64,000 nt of DNA. Source: Longimicrobiales bacterium (GTDB lineage Bacteria; Gemmatimonadota; Gemmatimonadetes; Longimicrobiales; Gaopeijiaceae). The notes below the pieces were generated by a model, which saw only the letters and a program-made list of their open reading frames with translations, was not told the origin of the DNA and did no database searches. The number at the start of each line of letters is the position of its first letter. The first letter of the stretch is position 1. The stretch covers positions 576,001-640,000 of the forward strand of contig CBDDCX010000006.1 of the NCBI GenBank assembly GCA_965226375.1, written 5' to 3'. A program made the translations under genes and the position numbers. Of this stretch, positions 29,126 through 38,978 are shown piece after piece.

Positions 29126-30109
29126 ATGAGCAAGCATACAGACCTGGTCGTAGTCGGCGCCGGCCCATGTGGCATCGCCGTTGGCGCAGCGGCGGTCACG
29201 GGCGGCCTCGACGCTACGCTTTACGACAGGGGGTGCATCACCAATTCATTGGTGGATTACCCCTATTACATGACGTTTTTCAGCACGGCAGAGAAGCTCG
29301 AAGTCGGCGGCGTACCCTTTACCATCGCGGAGATGAAGCCGACTCGGCGCGAGGCGTTGGTCTACTACCGCCGTGTGGTGCAGCACTACGATCTGGATCT
29401 CCACCAGTATGAGGAGGTCACCGCCATCGAGGGTACGCAAGGCGACTTCACGGTACACACGCGAACGCGCACAGGTAAGGAAAGCTCGACCGGCGCCCGG
29501 GCCGTAGTCATCGCCACAGGGGGATTCCACGAGCCGAACTACCTGGGCGTGACCGGTGAGGACCTCCCTAAGGTCAAACACTACTACAAGGAGCCATACC
29601 CGTTCTACGACCAGGACGTGCTGGTGGTGGGTGGAGGCAACTCATCGGTCGAATCGGCACTGGAGACGTATCGGGCCGGCGCCCGTGTGACGATGGTGCA
29701 CTTTCTGGACAAGATCGACCGCGGGGTCAAGCCATGGGTTGTGCCCGACATCCAGAACCGTTTGGCGAACGGTGAGATCACGGTGTACTGGGAGCACCGG
29801 ATCGCGGAGGTCCGCCCTACCTCGGTGGTGCTCAGCCGAGAGGGTTCCGATGAGACCGTTGAGATTCCTAACGACTGGGTACTCGCCATGACCGGATGGC
29901 GTCCGAATCGGGGATTCCTGGCCGAACTGGGTGTGACCATCGACGAAGAAACGGGCATTCCCACGCATGATCTCGACACGATGGAGACCGATGTTCCCGG
30001 GATCTACGTAGCCGGGGTCCTGGCCGCCGGCTACAACGCCAACAAGATCTTCATCGAGAACGGAAAGCTACATGGGGCCAAGATCGTCCAGTCGCTCGGG
30101 AAGACCTGA
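29126..30109 (+). CDS. ypdA: YpdA-family putative bacillithiol disulfide reductase
   Basis: GAGPCG, YPYYMTFFSTAEKLEVG, KPTRREALVYY, HYYKEP, VKPWV, IFIENG. Confidence 0.88.
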   Translation: MSKHTDLVVVGAGPCGIAVGAAAVTGGLDATLYDRGCITNSLVDYPYYMTFFSTAEKLEVGGVPFTIAEMKPTRREALVYYRRVVQHYDLDLHQYEEVTAIEGTQGDFTVHTRTRTGKESSTGARAVVIATGGFHEPNYLGVTGEDLPKVKHYYKEPYPFYDQDVLVVGGGNSSVESALETYRAGARVTMVHFLDKIDRGVKPWVVPDIQNRLANGEITVYWEHRIAEVRPTSVVLSREGSDETVEIPNDWVLAMTGWRPNRGFLAELGVTIDEETGIPTHDLDTMETDVPGIYVAGVLAAGYNANKIFIENGKLHGAKIVQSLGKT

Positions 30110-30152
30110 CCCACCACTTCCGCACCGCTCGGTTGCGGTCCAGCCACTGAGA

Positions 30153-30515
30153 TCAGCCGAAATCGGCCAGGTAGGCCTCGTCCCGCGCTACCGTCAGTAA
30201 CTTTCTCAGTCGCTCGGATTCCGCGGCCGCAACGGCTTTTCCCAAACGGGTGACCCGATAATATCGGCGCCGGTCGTCGTCCTCGTCCACCGGCGGACGC
30301 TCAGTCGTCTCTTCGATGAGACCAGACTTGAGCATCCGCGCAATCGTGTTGTAGAGCGACCCGGGAAGGAGCGCCCCCACCTGCCCCGTCTTGCGCTCGA
30401 ACTCCTGAATGATCGCGTACCCATGGAGAGGTCGATCTCCCAGGGCCAGTAAAATGTTGTAGACAGGTGGGCTGAGAGGAAGCAGCTCCTCGGCACTCGC
30501 GTTTTTCCCACTCAT
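30153..30515 (-). CDS. PadR-family transcriptional regulator
   Basis: ILLALGDRPLHGYAI, PGSLY, RRRYYRVTRLG. Confidence 0.9.
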   Translation of the reverse strand: MSGKNASAEELLPLSPPVYNILLALGDRPLHGYAIIQEFERKTGQVGALLPGSLYNTIARMLKSGLIEETTERPPVDEDDDRRRYYRVTRLGKAVAAAESERLRKLLTVARDEAYLADFG

Positions 30516-30575
30516 ACTGTCATTCTCCCTCTCCGTCGGGGGCCGGTCAACCCATGTCACTTTGGTAGCCTCTAT

Positions 30576-33356
30576 TCACTCGGTCCGTAACGCCACGACC
30601 GGGTCCACCCGAGAGGCTCCAGCGGCCGGTACGTAACAGGCGAGGACGGCCACGATCCCCAGTCCGATCGCAGCCGCGACAAACGTCACCGGGTCCGTGG
30701 GCGCGACACCGAACAGGAGGGCCGAAACCGCACGGGACGCCAGGGCGGCCACCGCCAGCCCGATGCCGATCCCCATGAGCGTCAGGCCCAGGCCCTGTCC
30801 CACCACTAGCCGCAGGATGCCTTTTCTCTCAGCACCCATGGCAATCCGCACGCCGATCTCCCGACTCCTCTGTTGCACCGCCGTGGAGATGATGCCGTAC
30901 AGGCCGACAGCAGCCAACAGTAGCGCCACGATCGCAAAGAAGCTGGGCAAGATCATTGCAAACCTCGTGGGGGCCAACGCGTCGGCCACGTAGTCGTCCA
31001 TACGACGCACGTCGAAGGCCGGCACGCTGGGGTCGATCTCTGCCAAAGCGGCCCGCACCGCGGCGCCCACCCCTGCGGGATCGCCAGTCGTGCGCAAGAC
31101 CAGAGACGACTCGAACCAGGCATTCAGACGATAAGGCAAGTAGATCGTACCGATTCCGTCTTGGGTCAAATCTGTGTGGCGCACGTGCTCCACCACCCCG
31201 ATCACCTCGGCCCCGATACGCTCCGACAGTTGGTTGTCGGAGGGGACGACGATGTGGACACGCCTTCCTACGGGGTCGGCGCCTCCCCAGGCCGCCTGTG
31301 CAAAGACGTGATCCACGATGATGACGGGGGCAGCGTCGGGTTCGTTGCTGGCCCTATCGAACGTGCGGCCTAGAAGTGTGGTCGTCTTCATTGCCTCGAA
31401 GTAACCCGGCATCACGGGCCGGTAGTCGGCCCGGCTGGCCTCCCACTCCGCCTCATCCCCCTCCGAAAGCGCAAAGGGAGTTATCCAGGCCCCTCCCCGT
31501 CCGGAAAGGGGCAGCGCTGCGATGGCCCCAGCCGACTCGACCCCCGGAATGTCCGCAACAGCTTCCCCCAGCAAGGAGTGGAACGAGAGCCGCCGGTCGG
31601 CGTCACGGTACTGGAAGAACGGCAGCGAGACGTTGACCGTAACCACGTTGTCCGCATCGAAGCCCGGATCCACCCGTTGCAGGGTCAGAAAGCTCCGCGC
31701 CAATAACCCGGCGGCCACCACCAACACGACGGACAGCGCCACCTCGGCTACGATGAGGCCCGAGCGGAGGTTGGCGCGCTCCCTGCCACCACCCGACCCT
31801 CCCCTGCCGGAGAGCGCAGGGCGGGCGCGCGAGGTCCGAACCGCCGGAACCAGCCCGAAGACGATGGAAGCCAGCACCGTGACGCCCATGGTGAACATCA
31901 ACACGGTGCGATCGATTCCCACGTCGTCGACCCTCGGTAGATTGCCCGGCGTTAAAGTGAGGAGAGCTCCGATGCCCAGGTCCGCCACGATGAGACCCAA
32001 CAGGCTACCGATGAGAGCTACGACCAAGCTCTCAGTGAGCAACTGACGAACGATCCGGCCCCTACCGCCACCCAGAGCCGCGCGAACCGCGAACTCCTGC
32101 TCGCGAGCCGAAGCCCTCACTAAGAGCAGGCTCGCCACATTCGCACAGGCGATGACCAACACGAGTCCGACCGCACCGAAGAGGATCCACAGAAAGGGAC
32201 GGACCGAGCCGACGACTTCGTCGTGGAGGGACGCAACCTGGACCTCGGTCTGCAGTCGGGCATGAGATGGGTACGTATCACGGAAATGCTGAGCGAACCG
32301 GTCCATCTCTTCTTGGGCCTGCTCGATTCCAGCGCCGGGTGCCAGTCTTCCGAGCACCGTCAGATTGCTTCCGCCCCGGTCGAAGTCCGTCAACGCCACA
32401 GGCATGAGCGTCCACGCGTCGATGTCGGTCGGCATCGGGGCGTCGGGGCCCAGAAGGAGTCTGAACGACGGCGGCATGACGCCGATGACGTTCATTCTTT
32501 GACCATTGATCTCCAGGGTCCGGCCGACGACCGAAGGGTCCTCACCGAAACGACGCTGCCAGAGGCCATGGCTCAGCACCGTCGCCACCGGCGGAGGTAC
32601 GTATCCCGGGCGTGTGATGACGTCCCGGTCGGTGATGATCTGGTCCTCGACGGTAAGAACCCGACCGACTGATGCCTCCGCGCCAAGGAGCTCGAAGAAT
32701 CCCGGTGTCACCCAAGACAGAACGATCTTCTCGGCGGGTCCGTCGCCGGTGAGATTCGTTCCCAGTGCGTTGGCGCTGGCGAAGATCGAAAAACTCTCGG
32801 CCCCGTCCATGTAGTCCTGCAGGTCCGGGCCCGACACCCCTCTGCGGCCCGACTCTCCCGTATGCCAGACCATCACCAGCTCGCTCGGACTATCGTATGG
32901 CAGAGGTCGGAACAGCACCCCGTTCAGGACACTGAAGATGGCAGTGTTCGCCCCGATCCCGAGCGCCAAGGTGAGCACGAGCACACCGGTGAGCCCCGGA
33001 GCCCGCCGCAGCGTTCTGAGCGAAAAACGTATGTCCGACTGCAGATCCTTGAACATCGATCCCTCCCCTCCCGTCATCCTCAGCCGCACACCGTCGGCAC
33101 GTTCATCGTCATTCGACTCTCGTCCAAGGGCCCGTACGAGACGCTCTGCGACTCCGGCAACCACAACGTCGGTCATAGCCCGAAGCACGAACCGCACGCC
33201 CGCGAGATATCCTCTCTGCACACGGATAGAGCGGTACATCTCCTCGAAGGTGTCAGCCATGGAAAGACCGAAACCCTCGCGCACGTCTCCGGGAAAAGCC
33301 CGGAGCAGACCTTCATAAAGCCGCCCCGCAAGAGTCCGACTTCGCTGGGGACTCAC
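30576..33356 (-). CDS. ADOP-type duplicated MacB/FtsX ABC permease
   Basis: LALGIGANTAIFS, IACANVASLLL, QLLTESL, REIGVRIAMGA, RVDPVVALR; start uncertain. Confidence 0.9.
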   Translation of the reverse strand: MSPQRSRTLAGRLYEGLLRAFPGDVREGFGLSMADTFEEMYRSIRVQRGYLAGVRFVLRAMTDVVVAGVAERLVRALGRESNDDERADGVRLRMTGGEGSMFKDLQSDIRFSLRTLRRAPGLTGVLVLTLALGIGANTAIFSVLNGVLFRPLPYDSPSELVMVWHTGESGRRGVSGPDLQDYMDGAESFSIFASANALGTNLTGDGPAEKIVLSWVTPGFFELLGAEASVGRVLTVEDQIITDRDVITRPGYVPPPVATVLSHGLWQRRFGEDPSVVGRTLEINGQRMNVIGVMPPSFRLLLGPDAPMPTDIDAWTLMPVALTDFDRGGSNLTVLGRLAPGAGIEQAQEEMDRFAQHFRDTYPSHARLQTEVQVASLHDEVVGSVRPFLWILFGAVGLVLVIACANVASLLLVRASAREQEFAVRAALGGGRGRIVRQLLTESLVVALIGSLLGLIVADLGIGALLTLTPGNLPRVDDVGIDRTVLMFTMGVTVLASIVFGLVPAVRTSRARPALSGRGGSGGGRERANLRSGLIVAEVALSVVLVVAAGLLARSFLTLQRVDPGFDADNVVTVNVSLPFFQYRDADRRLSFHSLLGEAVADIPGVESAGAIAALPLSGRGGAWITPFALSEGDEAEWEASRADYRPVMPGYFEAMKTTTLLGRTFDRASNEPDAAPVIIVDHVFAQAAWGGADPVGRRVHIVVPSDNQLSERIGAEVIGVVEHVRHTDLTQDGIGTIYLPYRLNAWFESSLVLRTTGDPAGVGAAVRAALAEIDPSVPAFDVRRMDDYVADALAPTRFAMILPSFFAIVALLLAAVGLYGIISTAVQQRSREIGVRIAMGAERKGILRLVVGQGLGLTLMGIGIGLAVAALASRAVSALLFGVAPTDPVTFVAAAIGLGIVAVLACYVPAAGASRVDPVVALRTE

Positions 33357-33552
33357 CCTACTGTCTCCATCCGTGCTGTCCCCACAAAAGGCGGGGTCCT
33401 TGGGTCGAGCCAACTATCATTATATGAATTATAATTCCCGTGAAGAGATAGGTCCAGCCCACCGGGCACGTATTGTCAGATTGCGCGTACGCCCGCTACT
33501 TCAAAATGTACTCGCTCGGACTGACGGCCACGACACCGCAAGGATCGGATAT

Positions 33553-33810
33553 TTGGGCATCTTCGAGTTCGTTCTCGCTCTCGTCATCATCACCACTGCC
33601 GGCAAGATCGTGGAGCGCCGGTTCTCCAGCCCACGACGCGATGAGTCCCTCCAGCTCGGTACCGAGGAACTCCATCGGATTCGAGAGACGATGACCGACC
33701 TGAGCGGACGCCTCGAGCGCCTGGAAGAGGAGCGGGACTTCTACAAAGACCTGCTCGAACCCGGCAAGGGCCGTCCACAGCTTCCGCCGCCGGACTCAAA
33801 GGACTCCTAG
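33553..33810 (+). CDS. Small membrane protein with coiled coil
   Basis: One TM segment (IFEFVLALVIITTAG) followed by RLERLEEERDFYKDLL; TTG start inferred. Confidence 0.65.
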   Translation: MGIFEFVLALVIITTAGKIVERRFSSPRRDESLQLGTEELHRIRETMTDLSGRLERLEEERDFYKDLLEPGKGRPQLPPPDSKDS

Positions 33811-33978
33811 CCAACCCCTCCACGATCCCGCAGGACACCACCCGCCGACCTTCCGGCGCAGGACCGCTTAACGACTGCGGACCCCCCGACATCAAGACAG
33901 ACAATGGCCGGACGAGGTTCTCACCAGAGGCCAGACGCCGACCCAACCATGACCAAATTAGAGTCGGAGGGTATAGAG

Positions 33979-34527
33979 ATGAGGGCACTTACTGGAGTAG
34001 CAACGGTTCTGATGCTGTCCCTAGCCGCGTCCCTACAGGGTCAGACGGGCCGGAACAACCAGCACGGCATGCGGGGACAGGGGCACATGATGGGTGGATC
34101 CCAACAGATGCAGATGGGCATGGGCTCGTGTGATCGAGTCCTGTGGCTCCGGGAGGAGCTAGGCCTCACGGAGGAACAGGTGGAGGGCCTGAAGAACACG
34201 AACGACGCGGCCCGGGAGATTCACGACGGTGCCCAGCTCCAGATGCGAGGTTTGCAGGATCAGCTTCGAGACGGAGACATCACCCGAGGACAGTTCATAG
34301 ACCTGATGGACACGCATCGAGACGCCATGATGCAGCAGCAGGCCGGCTTCCAGGAACAGATCGACGCGATTCTGAGCGACGACCAGAAAGATCAGCTTGA
34401 ATCACGTCGGGAAAGGGGCACTCGGGGGCGAGGCATGAGAGGTGGTCGAGGAGCCTCCGGCCGTAGCTCCGATCAGAGGCCCGGGGGTCACAAGGGGTCC
34501 GGGTCTCGCCTAAACAAGGGAGGCTGA
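33979..34527 (+). CDS. Spy/CpxP-like periplasmic protein
   Basis: Signal peptide, Met/Gly-rich region, LGLTEEQ and ILSDDQK (LTxxQ-like) motifs; GGAGG RBS. Confidence 0.75.
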   Translation: MRALTGVATVLMLSLAASLQGQTGRNNQHGMRGQGHMMGGSQQMQMGMGSCDRVLWLREELGLTEEQVEGLKNTNDAAREIHDGAQLQMRGLQDQLRDGDITRGQFIDLMDTHRDAMMQQQAGFQEQIDAILSDDQKDQLESRRERGTRGRGMRGGRGASGRSSDQRPGGHKGSGSRLNKGG

Positions 34528-34557
34528 ACCGGGAATCGGTCCACCACCAACCAGAAG

Positions 34558-34592
34558 ACGAGGGGGACCGCCGGTTCGGCGATCCCCCTCGT
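34558..34592. terminator. Hairpin between convergent genes (probable bidirectional terminator)
   Basis: ACGAGGGGGA-CCGCCG-GTT-CGGCG-A-TCCCCCTCGT. Confidence 0.6.
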
Positions 34593-34618
34593 TTCGATTA
34601 CCCGACGCGGTCGGCTCC

Positions 34619-35173
34619 TTAAGAAGGATCGGTCGTCGCCGTGTCGAGCCGCTCGATGATCTCGTCGGTAATGTCCATGGATGGATCCACGAACACCAAT
34701 CCACTCTGAATCGAGTTGAAGATGAAGGTGTAACCCTGGTCCGACCCGATGGTCTCGATAATCTGTCCTACCATCTGCGTGATCTCTGCCGTCAGCTCGT
34801 TCTGCCGCGTACCCAACTCCTGTTGCACATCCTGCTGCAGGCGATCCATCTGAACCATTCGGTCCTCGAGCTGCCGCTGGAGCTGAGCAGCCTCCAGACT
34901 GTTAGGATCCGCAGCGAGGCCCTGCTGACGCAGGCCGTTGATCTCCTCCTGCTGGGTCGACAACTCACCGACGCGCTGGTCGCGCAACTGATTGAACAGG
35001 GCGAGGGCCTGCATACCTGCCTGCGACTCGGCCATGATACGGTCGGCATTGAAGACGGCCATCTTATTAACAGCCGGCTCCTGAGCGGCTAGCGACCCAC
35101 TGCCGGTCACCAAAGCCACGGTGGTGGCACCGACCACCAGAAGTCCTCTTCCAAAAGCCACACGGCACAACAT
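34619..35173 (-). CDS. skp: OmpH/Skp periplasmic chaperone
   Basis: Signal peptide, KMAVFNADRIMAES, long coiled coil, GYTFIF...DITDEII; AAGGAG RBS. Confidence 0.85.
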   Translation of the reverse strand: MLCRVAFGRGLLVVGATTVALVTGSGSLAAQEPAVNKMAVFNADRIMAESQAGMQALALFNQLRDQRVGELSTQQEEINGLRQQGLAADPNSLEAAQLQRQLEDRMVQMDRLQQDVQQELGTRQNELTAEITQMVGQIIETIGSDQGYTFIFNSIQSGLVFVDPSMDITDEIIERLDTATTDPS

Positions 35174-35404
35174 GGACAACTCCTTATATACGGAAAACAT
35201 TCAACAAGCAGACCTCTAGAGCAGAAAACAATAGCGGCGCTGGCAGGTCGGATCTACCCGTAAACGCAACGCCAACGGCAACTCCAGGCGCCTCCAGGGT
35301 ATCCCCCGCCTCGCTCGACGGACTGTCATACACCAAATATTCGGCGAGTTGCCCTACAACGCCCTGGTAATACGAGGGGCCGATACAGGTCAGGAGATGA
35401 ACGC

Positions 35405-35800
35405 TTGACGAGTGTCCTCTTCGTCTGCACGGAGAACTCGAACCGAAGCCAGATGGCCGAGGCGTTCGCTCGGATCCACGGGAACGGTGTGCTCCAGCCC
35501 TACTCGGCGGGCTCCCGGCCGTCGGGTACGGTCAACCCTCGCGCCGTGCAGGCGATGAGTGAGGTGGGTTACGACCTCTCCACCCATCGGTCCAAGTCAG
35601 TCTCAGAGGTTCCACCGGGCCCCTACGATTTCGTGATCACGATGGGGTGCGGCGACGACTGCCCCTTCGTGCCCGCGACCGAGCGTGACGACTGGGACCT
35701 CGCAGACCCCAGGGACATGCCGCCGAACGAGTTCAACGGGGTGCGGGACGAGATCGAAGTGCGTGTAAAGAAGCTACTGGAGAGCTTCGGAGCGGCCTGA
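35405..35800 (+). CDS. arsC: Arsenate reductase ArsC / LMW-PTP family
   Basis: LFVCTENSNRSQMAEA, MGCGDDCPFVP, DWDLADP. Confidence 0.85.
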   Translation: MTSVLFVCTENSNRSQMAEAFARIHGNGVLQPYSAGSRPSGTVNPRAVQAMSEVGYDLSTHRSKSVSEVPPGPYDFVITMGCGDDCPFVPATERDDWDLADPRDMPPNEFNGVRDEIEVRVKKLLESFGAA

Positions 35801-35818
35801 GGCCGTCCAAGCACAAGT

Positions 35819-36937
35819 TTAAGAGGCGGCCCAGCCCGGTGCCAACTCCCGCACCGTCCCCTTCGGGCCGTCGGCGGCGCCCACCTCGACCACCCCACCT
35901 GAGGGCACCTCTCGCCTTATGTACCCGAGAGCGATCACTCCGCCGTATCGGGGTGAGTCGACGGCACTGGTCACATGCCCCACCACGCGGCCTTCGTGAA
36001 ACAGCTCGGCATCCGCTCCGGGCGCAGGTACATCACCCAGCTGAAGTCCTCGAAGCATCTTGTTCACGTGACCACGATCGCGAATCCGGACGACGATTTC
36101 CTGGCCCGTGTAGCAACCCTTGGCGTGGTCCACTGCCCGGTCGACGATTCCCGCTTCCGAAAGAAGCGTGGATTCGTCGAGGTCCTGGCCGAAGGCCGGT
36201 CGACCGGCCTCCACTCGGAGCGTATCCCATACCCCAGCTCCGACAGGGGTGACCGCTCGCTCCAGAAGTCGTCCCCACAGCTCTCGAGACCGCTCCCCCG
36301 ACGTGAAGACGTCCCATGCCGGAGTGTCCACGGCCCCGGTCCTGACGACGCGCTCCCCTGCCTCCTGGCTCACCAGATACTCACCTTCCTCCAGGCCCTC
36401 CAGGCCGTTCTCTTCGCCATTCGAGGCGAACAGCGTCTCCCTGAGCACTGATGCCGCGTCGGTCCCCATCACCGTGAGAAGCCCGCAGCCATCGGTCAGG
36501 TCCTCGACGGCAGCGAGCCGGGGCGGCACGTACCGCCGCAGGTGGGCCAGCAGCGGATCTCGAGCCGGAGCAGGTACGTCCAGCCACAGGCTCTCTTCCT
36601 CAGCACTCGGTCCCCACATGACACGTAGATCGGCAACGACTCGCCCCTTGGGAGTGAGCACGGCCGAGTACTCCGCGCGCCCCTTTGTGCCGTCCTCCGC
36701 AGAGCACACCGGCGGGTCGGGCATCCGGCCCGTGAGTACCCCGTTCAGCGTGGTTACAGGCGCTTTTCCCGTCACGACCAGGCGAGTCCTGTGGCTACGA
36801 TCGCGTACGGCCACACCGCTCACGGCCGCGCGGTACTCCGCGGCGGGATCGCCATAATTACGGGGCACGTCAACACCTCGCACCCGGGCGAAGAGAGCGC
36901 CCGCCCCCTCGTGATCCTTTCGGGAAGGGCCAGTCAT
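35819..36937 (-). CDS. GcvT/YgfZ-family folate-binding protein
   Basis: LTPKGRVVAD, LRVEAGRP, KGCYTGQEIV (YgfZ signature), RGHVNK. Confidence 0.85.
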   Translation of the reverse strand: MTGPSRKDHEGAGALFARVRGVDVPRNYGDPAAEYRAAVSGVAVRDRSHRTRLVVTGKAPVTTLNGVLTGRMPDPPVCSAEDGTKGRAEYSAVLTPKGRVVADLRVMWGPSAEEESLWLDVPAPARDPLLAHLRRYVPPRLAAVEDLTDGCGLLTVMGTDAASVLRETLFASNGEENGLEGLEEGEYLVSQEAGERVVRTGAVDTPAWDVFTSGERSRELWGRLLERAVTPVGAGVWDTLRVEAGRPAFGQDLDESTLLSEAGIVDRAVDHAKGCYTGQEIVVRIRDRGHVNKMLRGLQLGDVPAPGADAELFHEGRVVGHVTSAVDSPRYGGVIALGYIRREVPSGGVVEVGAADGPKGTVRELAPGWAAS

Positions 36938-36944
36938 CGATCGC

Positions 36945-37802
36945 TCACTCCTCGAGGTCCGCCGGGTCGGCCTCGCCCTCTCTCTCCAACCGCCTCACCA
37001 GGGACCGGACGCGCGTGGCGTCAGCGGCCTGAGGAGAGAACTCCAGATACTCCTCGAGCTGTGCCATCGCCTCGTTCGCCCGGCCCAGCTTGACCAGGAG
37101 CATTCCCCGGTCACGCCGCTCACCGGGAGAGTCCGGCCGCAAGAGCAAGAGCCGCTCTATCACGGCCAGGGCCCGCTCGTCGTCGTGGACGTTCACATAC
37201 AGTCCCTTGAGGTTGACCAGAAGGCGGTGGATCATATCCCGCTTCGTAGCGGACCTGAGGAACTTGTCCTGCATGCGGACCATACCTCCGTACACTTGAT
37301 CCAACAGCTCCTGCGCCTCGTCCTCGAAGCGGATCCGTCCCTCGTCGAACGGATCGACCAAGAGGTGCTCCGCCGTGCCGCGGTATCGCACCAGGAAGCG
37401 ACCCGGAAAGTTCACCCCCTCCAGCGGTAGTTGCAGCCGCCATCCCACCTCCAACAGCACGATCCCGAGAGTCATCGGAATGCCGAGTCGGCGATCCAGG
37501 ACATCGTTGAGAAACGAGTTCCGTGGATCGTGATAGGCGTCCTTATTACCCCGAAAGCCCTCTCGCTCGTATAGCGTGTGGATCAGCTCACGCAGGACTA
37601 CCGGACCCGCCGTTTCGTCGGAGAGTCTATCCTTCGTGGCCTCGGCAAGGGCATCGAGCCGCATCATGTACCGCTCGACGGGGAGCTGTGGGTACTCCTC
37701 CTGGGCGATGAGGAGGACGGCCCGGCCGAGCTCGAGATCGCGCTCCGACTTCTGAACGGCCTCACCGAGAAGGCCTCTGGCAGATCGGGTTGGGACACTC
37801 AT
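36945..37802 (-). CDS. SirB1-like (Transglut_core2 plus TPR) protein
   Basis: FRGNKDAYHDPRNSFLNDVLDRRLGIP, GVNFPGRFL, ERRDRGML; start at MSVPTR (longer ORF-track call is antisense to selD). Confidence 0.88.
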   Translation of the reverse strand: MSVPTRSARGLLGEAVQKSERDLELGRAVLLIAQEEYPQLPVERYMMRLDALAEATKDRLSDETAGPVVLRELIHTLYEREGFRGNKDAYHDPRNSFLNDVLDRRLGIPMTLGIVLLEVGWRLQLPLEGVNFPGRFLVRYRGTAEHLLVDPFDEGRIRFEDEAQELLDQVYGGMVRMQDKFLRSATKRDMIHRLLVNLKGLYVNVHDDERALAVIERLLLLRPDSPGERRDRGMLLVKLGRANEAMAQLEEYLEFSPQAADATRVRSLVRRLEREGEADPADLEE

Positions 37803-37919
37803 ACAGGAATCTACCGAGTTTCCCGCCCAGGCGCCCCCGTCTACATTGGCCGCATCTTCGAGCCGCGGATCGCTATGAAACCTCCAATCCGCCGCGGCGG
37901 ATGCCACCAGAAGAGGCAG

Positions 37920-38978
37920 ATGTCCGACGACCCCAGGGACGAGAGGCCCAGGATCCGGCTTACTAAGCTCGCTCACGGAGCGGGCTGAGCCAGTAAGCTC
38001 GGCATGTCCGAGTTGGCGCAGGTCCTGCGTCACCTGGTCCCTATCGAGAGCGCCGAAGCGCTGGTGGACTCCTCCACCGGCGACGACGCCGCCGTGTATT
38101 CGCTCGGCGACGGTCGTGCCCTCGTGGTCACGTTGGACTTCTTCGCACCCTTGGTCGACGATCCGTACGACTTCGGCAGGATCGCCGCAGCCAATGCGCT
38201 CTCTGACATCTACGCCATGGGCGCGCGCCCCCTGTTCGCGCTGAACCTCCTCGCGTTCCCGCGAGACCTGCTCGGAGAGGGCATCGTGGACGAGATTATC
38301 CGCGGAGGATCGGATATCGCCCGAGAGGCCGGGATTCCCATCATGGGAGGCCACTCGGTCGACGACCCGGAACCCAAGTACGGCATGGTGGCAGTCGGCG
38401 AAGTCCGGGAAGAAGCCGTGGTGACCAACGCCAGGGCACGGGCAGGCGACGTTCTGGTACTCACCAAGGCCCTCGGCACCGGGATCGTCGCGACCGCCAT
38501 CAAGGCCGAAGCCGCCACACCGGAAGAGGTGGGCACAGCCGTCAAGAGCATGACCACGCTGAACCGGTACGCGGCCGAGGCGATGGCCAGGGCGGGGGTC
38601 ATGGCTGCGACCGACGTCTCCGGCTATGGGCTCCTGGGGCACCTGGCCAACATGTTGTTGCAGTCCGGCGTCGCCGCCGATGTCGAGGGGAACGCCGTGC
38701 CCGTGCTTCCGGGCATCGGCAGGCTCATCGCGGAAGGTCACGTCCCCGGCGGAACACGACGGAACCTCGAGGACCTGGGAGACCGCATCGATTTCGGCGG
38801 CTGTGACCAGTCCCGACGCCTCACCCTTGCAGACGCCCAAACGTCGGGCGGCTTGTTGATCTCGGTACCGCAGGACCGTGTTCAGGATATTCTGGACGAC
38901 CTACGCCAAGAAGCCCCCGCCGCCACGGTCATCGGCCGTGTCACAGCGGGGGCCCCCGGGACCATCAAGATCCTCTGA
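37920..38978 (+). CDS. selD: Selenide, water dikinase; selenoprotein with Sec encoded by TGA at 37986-37988
   Basis: MSDDPRDERPRIRLTKLAHGAG-TGA-ASKLGM is in frame with the downstream SelD body (DDAAVY, DFFAPLVDDPYDFGRIAAANALSDIYAMG, GGHSVDD, DAQTSGGLL). Confidence 0.93.
38014..38032 (+). promoter_or_regulatory. Bacterial SECIS hairpin of selD
   Basis: TGGCGCAG-GTC-CTGCGTCA stem-loop; loop starts with G, 33 nt after the UGA. Confidence 0.75.

Noticed and set aside
35819..36937. Calling this gene the missing gcvT
   Set aside because: It carries the YgfZ KGCYxGQE signature, so the true gcvT is probably elsewhere
37803..38840. N-terminal extension making a 631-aa ORF at 36945-38840
   Set aside because: Antisense shadow of selD; family motifs begin only after MSVPTR
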